Sequence record: SRR16203515_1468
Length of the DNA stretch: 47,298 nt
Reading direction: 5' to 3' (one strand)
This document shows positions 38,287-47,298 of the stretch, piece after piece. Position 1 is the first letter of the stretch. Each line of letters starts with the position of its first letter. Both the position numbers and the translations under genes were made by a program. The notes under the pieces were generated by a model. It was not told where the DNA came from, did not search any database, and saw only the letters and a list, made by a program, of their open reading frames with translations.

Positions 38287-40947
38287 ATGAACTTATTGAA
38301 CCATTTTTCAATAAAAACACGGATGTTGGCGCTTGTCCTTTTGCCTCTTATCTTCGCCTCGTTTTTATCTGGCTTAGAAATCAAAGCCCAAAGAAGCCAT
38401 GTTCAGCAATTAAATACGGTCAATCATAAAATCGACTTTCTGCAATCATTATCAAATTTAAATAACAACATTAACCAAGCGAGAGAGGAGCTATTTAGAC
38501 TTGGCGTTAATGTCGATTTCAACCAATTAAATGCAGCGATTAAAGATGTAGAGCAGCAGTTACCAAAAGCTTTTACACCTCAGTATGCTGCAGAGATGCA
38601 ATCTTGGCTTGAAAGTATGACTAGTGCCACAGGTGAGCTTGCTGAAGTTGATGCCTTGGGGCTAAATGATTGGTCTGTTTGGATCAATGAACTACAAGTT
38701 CAAGCCATTAATACCTTAGAGAAAGATCGCTCAGACGTTAGTGAAGAAATTACTCGTGAACTCGCCATCTTATATCAGCTGCAATGGCTTTCATTATGGT
38801 CAACCGAAGAAAAATGGTTAATTAATCAATTACTATTAAATCGCAACAGCAGTGAATTACTCAACCAACTTAATACCATCACCGAACGTCAGCAGCTTTA
38901 TGTTGAAAGGTTTATTGATATCAACGCCAAACCAGAGCAAGTATCACTACTGCTCAACACCTTTTCTGATAAAGCATTCGAACAAAGTTACCAGCTTAGG
39001 AGCCATATTTTAAATGGCGATACCTTAGCTGAAGATCCACAACAAAGTCTGGCAGCCTTTGCCCAGCGCCTAAGCTCGATACAATTTGTTGTTGGGACTT
39101 TTTCTAGCCAATTAACGAACAATATTCACAACGAAATCGAGCAATCAAAAAACCTAATTCTGTTATTTTGCGCAGCACTGTTCATTTCACTGTTAATCAT
39201 TGGCTTGATAGGCGCCAACTTATATGGCCGTATCATCAACTACTTACGTCATGTCATAAAAACCATGTCGCAAATTGAAGAAACCCACGATTACTCGAAA
39301 AAAATCAATGAAAGTGGCCATGATGAACTAAGCCTGTTTTCCAACAAACTTAATAACCTGATTAACGAGCGCCATCAAAATGAGCAAAAGATTCTTCGAG
39401 CAAAGTCCGAAGCAGAAAAAGCCAACCAAGCTAAAAGTTCATTCTTGGCCAATATGTCTCATGAAATTAGAACCCCGCTAAACGGTATTATTGGTATGTC
39501 AGACATTATGGCTGGCACTAAGCTAACAGCCATTCAAAATGAATATCTGCAAACCATTGAAACCTCATCGCAAACCTTATTGCTATTAATTAACGACATC
39601 CTCGATTTATCAAAAATCGAATCAGGAAATCTGTCTATCACCAATACGGACGCCAATATTACCGAGGTAATTTACGACACTTTAACCATAGTGCTGGCAA
39701 AAGTTGCAGAGAAAAATCTCACTTTAGAAGTGGAAATTGACGATGAAATCCCTTACCTGATCTCGCTCGACGAACATCGTATGCGACAGGTGTTAATGAA
39801 CTTATTCTCCAATGCAGTCAAATTCACTAACGAAGGTAGCATCAAAGTCGTAGCTAAATGCACTAAAGACACTGCTGGCTATATTGATATGCAAATAAGC
39901 ATTCACGACACTGGAATAGGGATTGCCAAAGAGAAACAAGAGCAAATATTCTCTCCTTTCACCCAAGAGGATGACACTATTACGCGCCAATTTGGCGGCA
40001 CGGGCCTTGGATTGGCAATTTGTAAGCAGTTAGTCGAGTTAATGGGTGGAACGATTAGCATCAACTCAGTTAAAGGTGAAGGATGTTGCTTTACCATAGC
40101 GCTAAAGTCACAAATCATCACTATGGAAAAACCGACTTCGAATCAATTCGAAGGGTTAACTGCAGCGCTTATCTCTAATAACTCTCAGTTAAATCAGCTG
40201 CTAGATAAAGAGTGTCAACAGCAAGGATTCAACCTCAATTATCACTACCAATCATGTTTTGACTTGCTCCAAGATAAGCAAACATTCGATTTACTGTTTG
40301 TAGATAGTTCATGCTCGACCAGAGATGCTATTAGCACTTTGCCTGAATTACTGCAGCAAAAGAATATTTTCACCATTGCGGTAAACACGCCTACAGAAAA
40401 ACGAACTCAAGACAATATGGATGCGACTATTACTCTGCCGCTGCTGGGTAACCGCTTTAAAAACGCAATTCACAATGGTATTGAACGCCGTGACTTACGC
40501 CTAAAACAACATTGTGCAACATCAGATATTAGCGGTAAAAATAGCAATAAAACTGACAAAGTTAATGTGGTTATTTTGATCGTTGAAGATAATCTAGTGA
40601 ATCAAAAGGTCGCATCATTACTGATCAAGCAAGCAGGCTTTGATTTTATCATCGCCAATAATGGCCAAGAGGCCTATGAATTTATCAGCACAGGAGAAGC
40701 AATTCACGCCATCTTGATGGACTGCATGATGCCAGTTATGGATGGGTTCACTGCAACCGAGAAAATTAGAGCCTGGGAAAGTGACAACTCGCAGCAACGC
40801 TTACCTATCATTGCCCTAACAGCAAGTGTGCTCGATCAAGATATTCAAAAATGCTATCAGTCAGGTATGGACGACTACCTTGCTAAGCCATTTAAAAAAG
40901 AAGCCTTACTGCACAAGCTAAGAGCAATTCCCAAACTGGCCAGCTAG
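38287..40947 (+). CDS. Hybrid sensor histidine kinase (periplasmic helical sensor, HAMP, HisKA, HATPase, degenerate REC, REC)
   Basis: [42 protein letters not shown]...ILMDCMMP...LAKP. Confidence 0.93.
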   Translation: MNLLNHFSIKTRMLALVLLPLIFASFLSGLEIKAQRSHVQQLNTVNHKIDFLQSLSNLNNNINQAREELFRLGVNVDFNQLNAAIKDVEQQLPKAFTPQYAAEMQSWLESMTSATGELAEVDALGLNDWSVWINELQVQAINTLEKDRSDVSEEITRELAILYQLQWLSLWSTEEKWLINQLLLNRNSSELLNQLNTITERQQLYVERFIDINAKPEQVSLLLNTFSDKAFEQSYQLRSHILNGDTLAEDPQQSLAAFAQRLSSIQFVVGTFSSQLTNNIHNEIEQSKNLILLFCAALFISLLIIGLIGANLYGRIINYLRHVIKTMSQIEETHDYSKKINESGHDELSLFSNKLNNLINERHQNEQKILRAKSEAEKANQAKSSFLANMSHEIRTPLNGIIGMSDIMAGTKLTAIQNEYLQTIETSSQTLLLLINDILDLSKIESGNLSITNTDANITEVIYDTLTIVLAKVAEKNLTLEVEIDDEIPYLISLDEHRMRQVLMNLFSNAVKFTNEGSIKVVAKCTKDTAGYIDMQISIHDTGIGIAKEKQEQIFSPFTQEDDTITRQFGGTGLGLAICKQLVELMGGTISINSVKGEGCCFTIALKSQIITMEKPTSNQFEGLTAALISNNSQLNQLLDKECQQQGFNLNYHYQSCFDLLQDKQTFDLLFVDSSCSTRDAISTLPELLQQKNIFTIAVNTPTEKRTQDNMDATITLPLLGNRFKNAIHNGIERRDLRLKQHCATSDISGKNSNKTDKVNVVILIVEDNLVNQKVASLLIKQAGFDFIIANNGQEAYEFISTGEAIHAILMDCMMPVMDGFTATEKIRAWESDNSQQRLPIIALTASVLDQDIQKCYQSGMDDYLAKPFKKEALLHKLRAIPKLAS

Positions 40948-41103
40948 TAAACTAAGCAAGTTTATTACTTACTTCTACACTAAGAGAACGGTGGCAATAA
41001 TAAGTTGCCACTTGCTCTCAGAAAAGGTTAGAAGTTATTATTCAAAGTCGTCTATTTATTCAACACTTGCATCTCATCTAGTAATCAGTTGAAATAAAGT
41101 TAC

Positions 41104-42000
41104 ATGAATGAGTTTAATGAGCTTTTTTCACAAGGTTATTGGTGGATCTCTTTGCTTGGCGGTATTCACTGCTTAGGCCTAGGTTTATATATCCGCTATA
41201 TTTACAGTGAGCGCAGTGGTAATCATAAAATCCTCGGTGCGATTTTTAGCTTAATGGCACTGTACTTTTTTACCGGTTTGCTCACCAACAGCAACGCTCC
41301 TGCGCCTCTTCAGCTATTGTTTATTTTAATCATCCCCGTCTATTTTTTGATGATGCCACTGCTTTACCTGTATTGTGATCGCAGCTTAAATGACATTGAG
41401 CAGCCCATTGGATTCTCAGCTCATTTTTATTCCGCTATTCTAGTCGCTATATTAGTCATATTTACCGCGGCTTTCCGGCTGATATTTGGTCACAACTGGC
41501 CACTATTCGAATTAGCACATTTATCAAAACTGACAGACTTACATCTGCTTAGCCTATTACTTCCAGCACTGCTTTTCATTCAAACTGCGCTTTACTTTTT
41601 TTACATCATTAAGATGTTGAGCCGCTATCCAGGGCGAACCTCCAGAGTACATCAGGACTCATTAAAAGATATCAAGTTTCGCTGGTTACTGGTGCTAACA
41701 CTTGCACTTATGAGTAACTGGTTACTGAGAGCCTTACTTATCATTATCCCTTTCTATATCGACGACCAAGTATTTATCGTTAACCAAGCCGCGACAACGT
41801 TAATACTGTTACTAACCATTTATTTATTGGCAATATACGGTTTAAAACAGATCACTCGCGCTGCATTTTTACGTGGAAAATTAGCTCAACAACCTAAAAA
41901 GCCAATGCAGGCAAGCCAGCAACTACTTAGCTCTGAGGAACTAGCCTATTTGCAGCAATTGATGCAAGAAGATGAACAGCAAAAAGAAAGTAGAAATTAA
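41104..42000 (+). CDS. Polytopic membrane protein resembling the membrane part of AraC-type regulators, without HTH
   Basis: ~7 hydrophobic segments, PLLYLY and FRWL motifs, ends LLSSEELAYLQQLMQEDE. Confidence 0.55.
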   Translation: MNEFNELFSQGYWWISLLGGIHCLGLGLYIRYIYSERSGNHKILGAIFSLMALYFFTGLLTNSNAPAPLQLLFILIIPVYFLMMPLLYLYCDRSLNDIEQPIGFSAHFYSAILVAILVIFTAAFRLIFGHNWPLFELAHLSKLTDLHLLSLLLPALLFIQTALYFFYIIKMLSRYPGRTSRVHQDSLKDIKFRWLLVLTLALMSNWLLRALLIIIPFYIDDQVFIVNQAATTLILLLTIYLLAIYGLKQITRAAFLRGKLAQQPKKPMQASQQLLSSEELAYLQQLMQEDEQQKESRN

Positions 42001-42113
42001 TCAGTTTGTTATGATTTTATATTGTTTGCAATAAGTCTGACCAAAAGCCATTCACTTTCCGTTCAGTAAGCGTATGCTAAGGTTTAGCTTGTTTGTACGA
42101 TTAGGAGAATGGA

Positions 42114-42680
42114 ATGACTCACTTTATCAAGAAAATTGCCACCAGCTTATGTCTGCTTGCCGGTATTCTATTAGTCCCACAAGCTTTAGCAGAAGATAGC
42201 TATGCCCAAGCTAAAAGCACTTTTCAACAAGCTAATGAAACTCAGAAATTCTTTAATAACGCCTACGGTTATGCGCTATTTCCTACTGTAGGAAAAGGCG
42301 GCATTGGTATAGGAGCCGCTTACGGTAAAGGCCAAGTTTATCGCGCTGGCACTTACACAGGCGATACCAGCCTAACTCAAGTATCATTCGGTTTTCAGCT
42401 AGGCGGCCAAGCCTACAGCGAGATTATCTTTTTTAAAGATGAAAAGGCCTATAACGAATTCACTAGCGGCAGTTTTGAATTTGGTGCCCAAGCCTCTGCA
42501 GTCGCCATTAATATTGGCGCCAATGCACAAGCAGGAACAACGGGTAATTCCGCTGGCGCAGGTAAGAGCGCAGCTAAAGCCGCCTACATTAACGGTATGG
42601 CGGTGTTTACTGTCGCAAAAGGCGGTTTGATGTTTGAAGCTGCACTTGCCGGACAATCATTCACGTTTGAAGATAAGTAA
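42114..42680 (+). CDS. Secreted SYLF/Ysc84-like domain protein
   Basis: Signal peptide; FPTVGKGGIGIGAAYGKG, GFQLGGQAYSEIIFF, KGGLMFEAALAGQ. Confidence 0.85.
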   Translation: MTHFIKKIATSLCLLAGILLVPQALAEDSYAQAKSTFQQANETQKFFNNAYGYALFPTVGKGGIGIGAAYGKGQVYRAGTYTGDTSLTQVSFGFQLGGQAYSEIIFFKDEKAYNEFTSGSFEFGAQASAVAINIGANAQAGTTGNSAGAGKSAAKAAYINGMAVFTVAKGGLMFEAALAGQSFTFEDK

Positions 42681-42697
42681 CTTTTAAAGTAAAAATC

Positions 42698-42724
42698 AAA
42701 AGCCCGCAAAATAGCGGGCTTTTT
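42698..42724. terminator. Bidirectional intrinsic terminator
   Basis: aaaagcccgc-aaaata-gcgggctttt. Confidence 0.8.
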
Positions 42725-42794
42725 AGTAACTACACCTAGAGCATTAGAAGCTCGAAATCAGTTTTGGCGATCAAATATTTACCCGCAGCGCAGA

Positions 42795-43376
42795 CTACTT
42801 ATGACCCCAAGGTACTGGCGGTAAAGCCACCGGCTTAGTGAGATCGAAATCGACTCTAAAGTCGCGATTTTCTCGGGTTAGGCGGTAGGTAAACTCTTGT
42901 GGCTTAACATACATGTGCCATACGTTAGTCACTGACACATCTAAACCATTTTCTCTAAAGTTGTTAATCGAGTAGGCATCAACTGGGAATGATTGCTCTG
43001 TGTCACCGCCCATATCAGCAGTCATTCCGCCGTACATGGTCACCTTGTCCTCAGAGCCATCTTTATGACGATGATCATGAGCCAGATGTAATCCGTAAGG
43101 TGTTTTGGTTATTACCCAAGTACGAGAATGGTCGTCACCTACGTGAAATGGCACTTTCAGCACAGTGTCACTGCATTCACGCACATGCATGATAAGTTCT
43201 TTGCCGCTAAAGGCTGAATCTGCGGTATTACCCGCTGTCACCGTACCGGCAAACGCTTTACCACAATGGGCAGCAAGGTTATCGAAAAAAGCATTCTGTT
43301 CAACTGTAGTGGCCATTGCTGGTGCAGTAAAGCTAGCAGCGACTAGTGCAAGGGCTGAGTATTTTATTGTTTTCAT
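42795..43376 (-). CDS. Conserved secreted hypothetical protein
   Basis: Signal peptide; CGKAF.G, PFHVGDDHSRTW, HDHRH.DG..D.VTMYGG, C-terminal PPVPWG. Confidence 0.75.
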   Translation of the reverse strand: MKTIKYSALALVAASFTAPAMATTVEQNAFFDNLAAHCGKAFAGTVTAGNTADSAFSGKELIMHVRECSDTVLKVPFHVGDDHSRTWVITKTPYGLHLAHDHRHKDGSEDKVTMYGGMTADMGGDTEQSFPVDAYSINNFRENGLDVSVTNVWHMYVKPQEFTYRLTRENRDFRVDFDLTKPVALPPVPWGHK

Positions 43377-43458
43377 TATTATCTCCGATGATTTGTGACT
43401 AACACTATCACAAAGAGATAAATTTTAACTGAAGCAATTTGCTTTGATTAAACAGAAG

Positions 43459-43491
43459 AAAAGCCCCTCAGCCAAACATAATACTGAGGGG
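43459..43491 (-). terminator. Intrinsic terminator downstream of the molybdoenzyme gene
   Basis: Minus strand cccctcag...ctgaggggcttttc. Confidence 0.6.
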
Positions 43492-43600
43492 AAGGTTGCA
43501 GGATAAAACAAAAATTTTGAGCCGGACAAATCAGTCTATCTCGAAGCTAACGAGTTGTTAGTTTGTTAGCTTAGAGACTCTTTTCAATCTTAAAACGCCA

Positions 43601-46600
43601 TTACACTTTCTCGACACGGATCGGAATACCATGACGGCAGTTTGCCCCAGTCCAGTAGTCATTAAGCATACTTGCTGATTGTTTACGAGTAGGATCTGAT
43701 GGGATCATTTGATTAATCGCAACGCCACCGGCACGCTCTTTTAGCGCAGCTAGCTTTTCACCATTAATCACCCGGTCATCACCACCAAAACCTTGTGAAT
43801 GACCAAAACCATGGGATACACACACTGCTCCAGGCGCAACGCCAAAATCAGTTTGCAGCAACCCCTCTGCGGGTTTACCGTTCGCAGTTACCAGTCTTAC
43901 TGTATCGCCGTCTTGTAAGTTTTGCTGCTTAGCCGTTTCTTGATGCATAAATACAAAGTTGGTTGGGCTAATCTCTGCGATTCGCTTATACGCTACGGCA
44001 TAGTTTGAACGAACTGTGGCCTTGTAACTTGAAAACAGCAACGGATACTCAGCAGCAGGCCAGTGACTTTCCCAACTATCGCCATTCCAGAAACGGTGCT
44101 CATGATAAGTAATCGTGCCCGGATAATGCTCACCAGAATAGGCATGACGCAACTGGGCGACCGCCTCATGATAAAGCTGCAAACACTTAGGACCTGCTCC
44201 TTTAATAAAGTCACCGTCATAACGTTCATCTGCCACGTAATAACCACCGCGCGATAATAATGCTTCAACTTCGACAGCTTCACTAGCATTGAGCTTAGGC
44301 ATCAAGGGGGTCATTGCATATTCAAGACCTGCCCAATGTCTATCTTCAGCGGTTACTGTTGGTAAGTTTTCACACTGCGCAGCCACGTTCGCTAAATACT
44401 TAGCATGCCAATCTTCAAAACAAAGCAGATCGGCTTTTGTACCATCTTCACGGGCAATGGCACCTTTACCAAAACCGGGGAGCTGCATATCGAGTGCAAT
44501 ATCGACCAATAACTGTTCCATACACACATGCTGTCCAGCGGCATTTTTAACGGTTCTTGGCGTCACCAATGGCGCAGCTGCCACCACACCTAACATGTGC
44601 GATCCCCACATTCTATCTGCTGCATATTCCTCAAGCATGGAGCGGTCTGGAATAAAGTAATCAGCGTAACGGTTGGTCTCATTCATATGACAATCAATGC
44701 CAATAATCAGAGGTAGACGCTTAGGATCAGCGATACTTGCTACGACTTCTTGGCTGATCGATGCGGCGCTATAAAGAAAGTTATTCCGCCAATTAAATAA
44801 CACTTTAGCTTGATACGGATCGTTATTAGCATGGCTAGTCCATTGCTCTGCAGCATTCATTGCAGGCAAAACTTCATGCCAAGGCGTGCTAGCAGGATAA
44901 GGGTTTTGTCCCTTAGCTAGTTTTTGTTTGTATTCAGTTGATGACTCATAGGCGCCATCTCGGCAGGCATTCACCACACCATCAAGGCTGACACCATTAT
45001 CGATATTCGCCAGATCGTAACGGCCTTCCATGCCGCCAATTGGGCCATTACCGTAAATTGCGCCGCCTTTAGCGTCATGACTGCCGACTAAGGTATTTAA
45101 CGTCGCCCAGATCCAGCCCATTACAAAACCGTCTGAAGAATTGGTACCACCATTACCAGCAACACAGGCCTTACGACCATATTTTCCTAAGTCTTGTGCC
45201 ACTTGACGCATCGCATCAACACTAATGCCTGATTTAGCCGCATACTGTTTCATACTGGTACGCTGCGCTTCAGCTCTTAATAGGTAAAGAGAAGACGCCA
45301 ACTTCACTTTTCTGCCGCGACTATCTTTAAGGGTTTTACTGACAAATAACTCAGCTTTATCACCGCTTTCTGCAGAGACCAGACGATTGCTGCCAGCTTT
45401 TACAATAATGGCTTCATCATCACCTAAACCAAAGTCCTTAGCCTTAGCAAAACGGCGATAATCAGGATGTTTAGGATCAGTAATAACCAAATGTCCCGCA
45501 TTGGTATAGTTAAGTTCGCCAGCGGCTTTAGCCGCTTTTTCACTCGCACCTTCAAGGTGCACTTTATTAAACCAGCCCTCTTCTAACATGGTACGAATAA
45601 CACCAAAAGAAAATGCGGCATCTTGGCCTGGTTTAACAGCTAACCAAGTGGCGTTGTTATCTGCAGCCACTGTGGTACGCAGCAGTGGGTCGACACACAC
45701 ATACTTAAACTTTCTCTCAACGCGGCTATCAGCAAGTCCGCGGCCAACACGGTTAAGACTAACCCCTGATGAGCCTGGGCTGGTCCCCATAAATAAACCG
45801 TACTCGACGTTTTCCCAGTCAACGTCATTGAGCCATTCTTCAAAGCCTGCTGCCATACCTAGGCTATAACCTGTTGCCTGCGCCGCACCGCAATAGGCAT
45901 GTTTAGTGCCCAAGTTGCTTGTGCCCCAAGCCTGCTGCATAAAACGGGCATAAAAGCTGCCACGCAAGGTATCTTCGGCGCAATAAGTTGCAAATAGATG
46001 GTTGGCCGCGCTACCAAATTCAGGGAACCCCGGTTTAGCTGGCTTATCGAGCTGGCGCAAACTACGTAAGCCCTCAACATGACCTTCACCAAACAGATCT
46101 CCACCTTGTAAAATCTCCTGTAATGCTTGCTCATAACTAATAGTGACCCAGCGGCCTTCACCCCGTTTTCCATCACGCTTAAGCACTTGAGTCACTCGGC
46201 GCTCATCATCAACAGAGTCTGCACAACTAGCGCCTTTGGCACAGGTGGTAGCACGATTGGTTAAGCCTTTTTCGCCGGCAAGTGCGATATAGCTTTGCTT
46301 TACGCTAGTTTCGATTGGTAGTGGAGAGCCAGAGTTATTCTCACAATAAGGGTTCCCCCCCACCTTTAGCACTTTGTCATTCTTGTCATCAATACGTACA
46401 CGTAAGCCACAAATGTTGTAGCAGCTAAAACAACGAGAATAGGCGGTACGTATGCCAGGAGTGAGTTGCCAATCGCCCTTAGCGTCTTTCTGACATTCAG
46501 CCGGAATAGGATGGCCAAAGCAGCTCACATCTTGACTACGAGTCGGGTGAATTGGAGAGCTTTTATCACTGCAGCCTACTGTTGCAGCAGCCACAGAAAC

Positions 46601-46636
46601 AACGCCTGCTTGAGTTAAAAATTTACGTCTGTCCAT
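43601..46636 (-). CDS. Tetrathionate-reductase-A-like molybdopterin oxidoreductase catalytic subunit (Tat substrate)
   Basis: MDRRKFL Tat motif; CFSCYNIC...C [4Fe-4S]; GGDLFGEGHVEGLR and HAYCG typical of the TtrA clade; C-terminal molybdopterin-binding HGFGH. Confidence 0.8.
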   Translation of the reverse strand: MDRRKFLTQAGVVSVAAATVGCSDKSSPIHPTRSQDVSCFGHPIPAECQKDAKGDWQLTPGIRTAYSRCFSCYNICGLRVRIDDKNDKVLKVGGNPYCENNSGSPLPIETSVKQSYIALAGEKGLTNRATTCAKGASCADSVDDERRVTQVLKRDGKRGEGRWVTISYEQALQEILQGGDLFGEGHVEGLRSLRQLDKPAKPGFPEFGSAANHLFATYCAEDTLRGSFYARFMQQAWGTSNLGTKHAYCGAAQATGYSLGMAAGFEEWLNDVDWENVEYGLFMGTSPGSSGVSLNRVGRGLADSRVERKFKYVCVDPLLRTTVAADNNATWLAVKPGQDAAFSFGVIRTMLEEGWFNKVHLEGASEKAAKAAGELNYTNAGHLVITDPKHPDYRRFAKAKDFGLGDDEAIIVKAGSNRLVSAESGDKAELFVSKTLKDSRGRKVKLASSLYLLRAEAQRTSMKQYAAKSGISVDAMRQVAQDLGKYGRKACVAGNGGTNSSDGFVMGWIWATLNTLVGSHDAKGGAIYGNGPIGGMEGRYDLANIDNGVSLDGVVNACRDGAYESSTEYKQKLAKGQNPYPASTPWHEVLPAMNAAEQWTSHANNDPYQAKVLFNWRNNFLYSAASISQEVVASIADPKRLPLIIGIDCHMNETNRYADYFIPDRSMLEEYAADRMWGSHMLGVVAAAPLVTPRTVKNAAGQHVCMEQLLVDIALDMQLPGFGKGAIAREDGTKADLLCFEDWHAKYLANVAAQCENLPTVTAEDRHWAGLEYAMTPLMPKLNASEAVEVEALLSRGGYYVADERYDGDFIKGAGPKCLQLYHEAVAQLRHAYSGEHYPGTITYHEHRFWNGDSWESHWPAAEYPLLFSSYKATVRSNYAVAYKRIAEISPTNFVFMHQETAKQQNLQDGDTVRLVTANGKPAEGLLQTDFGVAPGAVCVSHGFGHSQGFGGDDRVINGEKLAALKERAGGVAINQMIPSDPTRKQSASMLNDYWTGANCRHGIPIRVEKV

Positions 46637-46645
46637 TGTCAGCTC

Positions 46646-47298
46646 CTAGCGTTGCCATTCAAGAAAGTTAAGTGACAAAATCTGTTTGTCCTGCGGTTGT
46701 TCAGGCAAGCCTATGTAGAAAATATTTGGTTTGGTCCCTTCAGCTGCCAACATGGCGTATACCTTATTGTCGCGAACAAGTTGCGACACAGTACTAGTGG
46801 GATCATTTAGGTCGCCAAAGTTACGCGCTTCACCAATACAGGTTTCGACACATGCCGGCAGTAAACCCGCCGATGTGCGGTGAATACAGAAATTGCATTT
46901 CTCTGGTGGTGAATTTAAGGTTTCATCTTTACGGCGAGCGCCATAAGGGCATGCATCAACACATAATTGGCAATGAATACATTCGTCATGGTTAATCACC
47001 ACTATGCCGTCTTCTTCGCGTTTATAAGTCGCCTCTACAGGGCAAACATAAACACAAGCAGGGTTATCACACTGATTACATTGGTTAGGAACCGCCAGTG
47101 TCGCAAAGCCCGTTGATGTTTCAATAGCAGCTTGATTCACCCGAGTACGACAACGTCCTGCATCCGTTTGGTTTTCCATAGCGCAAGACACAGTGCAAGA
47201 TAGACACCCAGTGCAACGGCGAACATCAAACACCATCGCTAACCTTTTACCAGAAGTTTTAGCTTGAAGTTGAGCACTGGGGATCAGCGTTAACATTG
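46646..47298 (-). CDS. 4x[4Fe-4S] electron-transfer subunit, TtrB/NrfC/PsrB-like (5' end probably outside the window)
   Basis: CTGCLSCTVSC, CNQCDNPACVYVCP, CIHCQLCVDACP, KCNFC..R...GLLPACVETC, TKPNIFYI. Confidence 0.85.
   Translation of the reverse strand, partial: MLTLIPSAQLQAKTSGKRLAMVFDVRRCTGCLSCTVSCAMENQTDAGRCRTRVNQAAIETSTGFATLAVPNQCNQCDNPACVYVCPVEATYKREEDGIVVINHDECIHCQLCVDACPYGARRKDETLNSPPEKCNFCIHRTSAGLLPACVETCIGEARNFGDLNDPTSTVSQLVRDNKVYAMLAAEGTKPNIFYIGLPEQPQDKQILSLNFLEWQR

Noticed and set aside
43601-46636. Assigning the symbol ttrA or arrA
   Set aside because: The TtrA clade is supported, but divergence, the lipoprotein-like signal and the missing adjacent ttrC leave the substrate uncertain
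1-47298. Mobile elements, prophage, CRISPR arrays, tRNA/rRNA or anti-phage defence genes
   Set aside because: No transposase, integrase, phage gene, repeat-spacer periodicity or stable RNA signature was recognised

Overview
Gammaproteobacterial chromosomal segment, most likely Shewanella (inferred from gene content: zapB, DUF1107, dsbA-srkA, DUF3630, selO, NhaC family, TonB receptor, Tat molybdoenzyme). About 40 protein genes; no rRNA, tRNA, CRISPR array or mobile element was recognised. The standout is a ~19 kb accessory locus (21779-40947). It combines a multistep phosphorelay and partner-switching module (hybrid kinase, stand-alone Hpt, REC-PP2C phosphatase, STAS antagonist, RsbW-like kinase, no sigma factor) with an apparent glucan pathway: a CugP-type sugar-nucleotide pyrophosphorylase, a PilZ-less BcsA-like GT2 with a QRFKY motif, four exported DUF3131 paralogues, a second Alg5/Dpm1-like GT2, and an internally duplicated outer-membrane protein. 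I interpret this as a candidate stress-regulated beta-(1,2)-glucan synthesis and processing system; this is inference. Other items of note: a secreted DddK/DddW-like cupin, an orphan PTS-EIIC-EAL fusion next to a TonB receptor, a TtrA-like Tat-lipoprotein directly downstream of TtrB with no TtrC between them, and an HTH-less AraC-type membrane protein. Family calls come from motif recognition by eye, not database searches.
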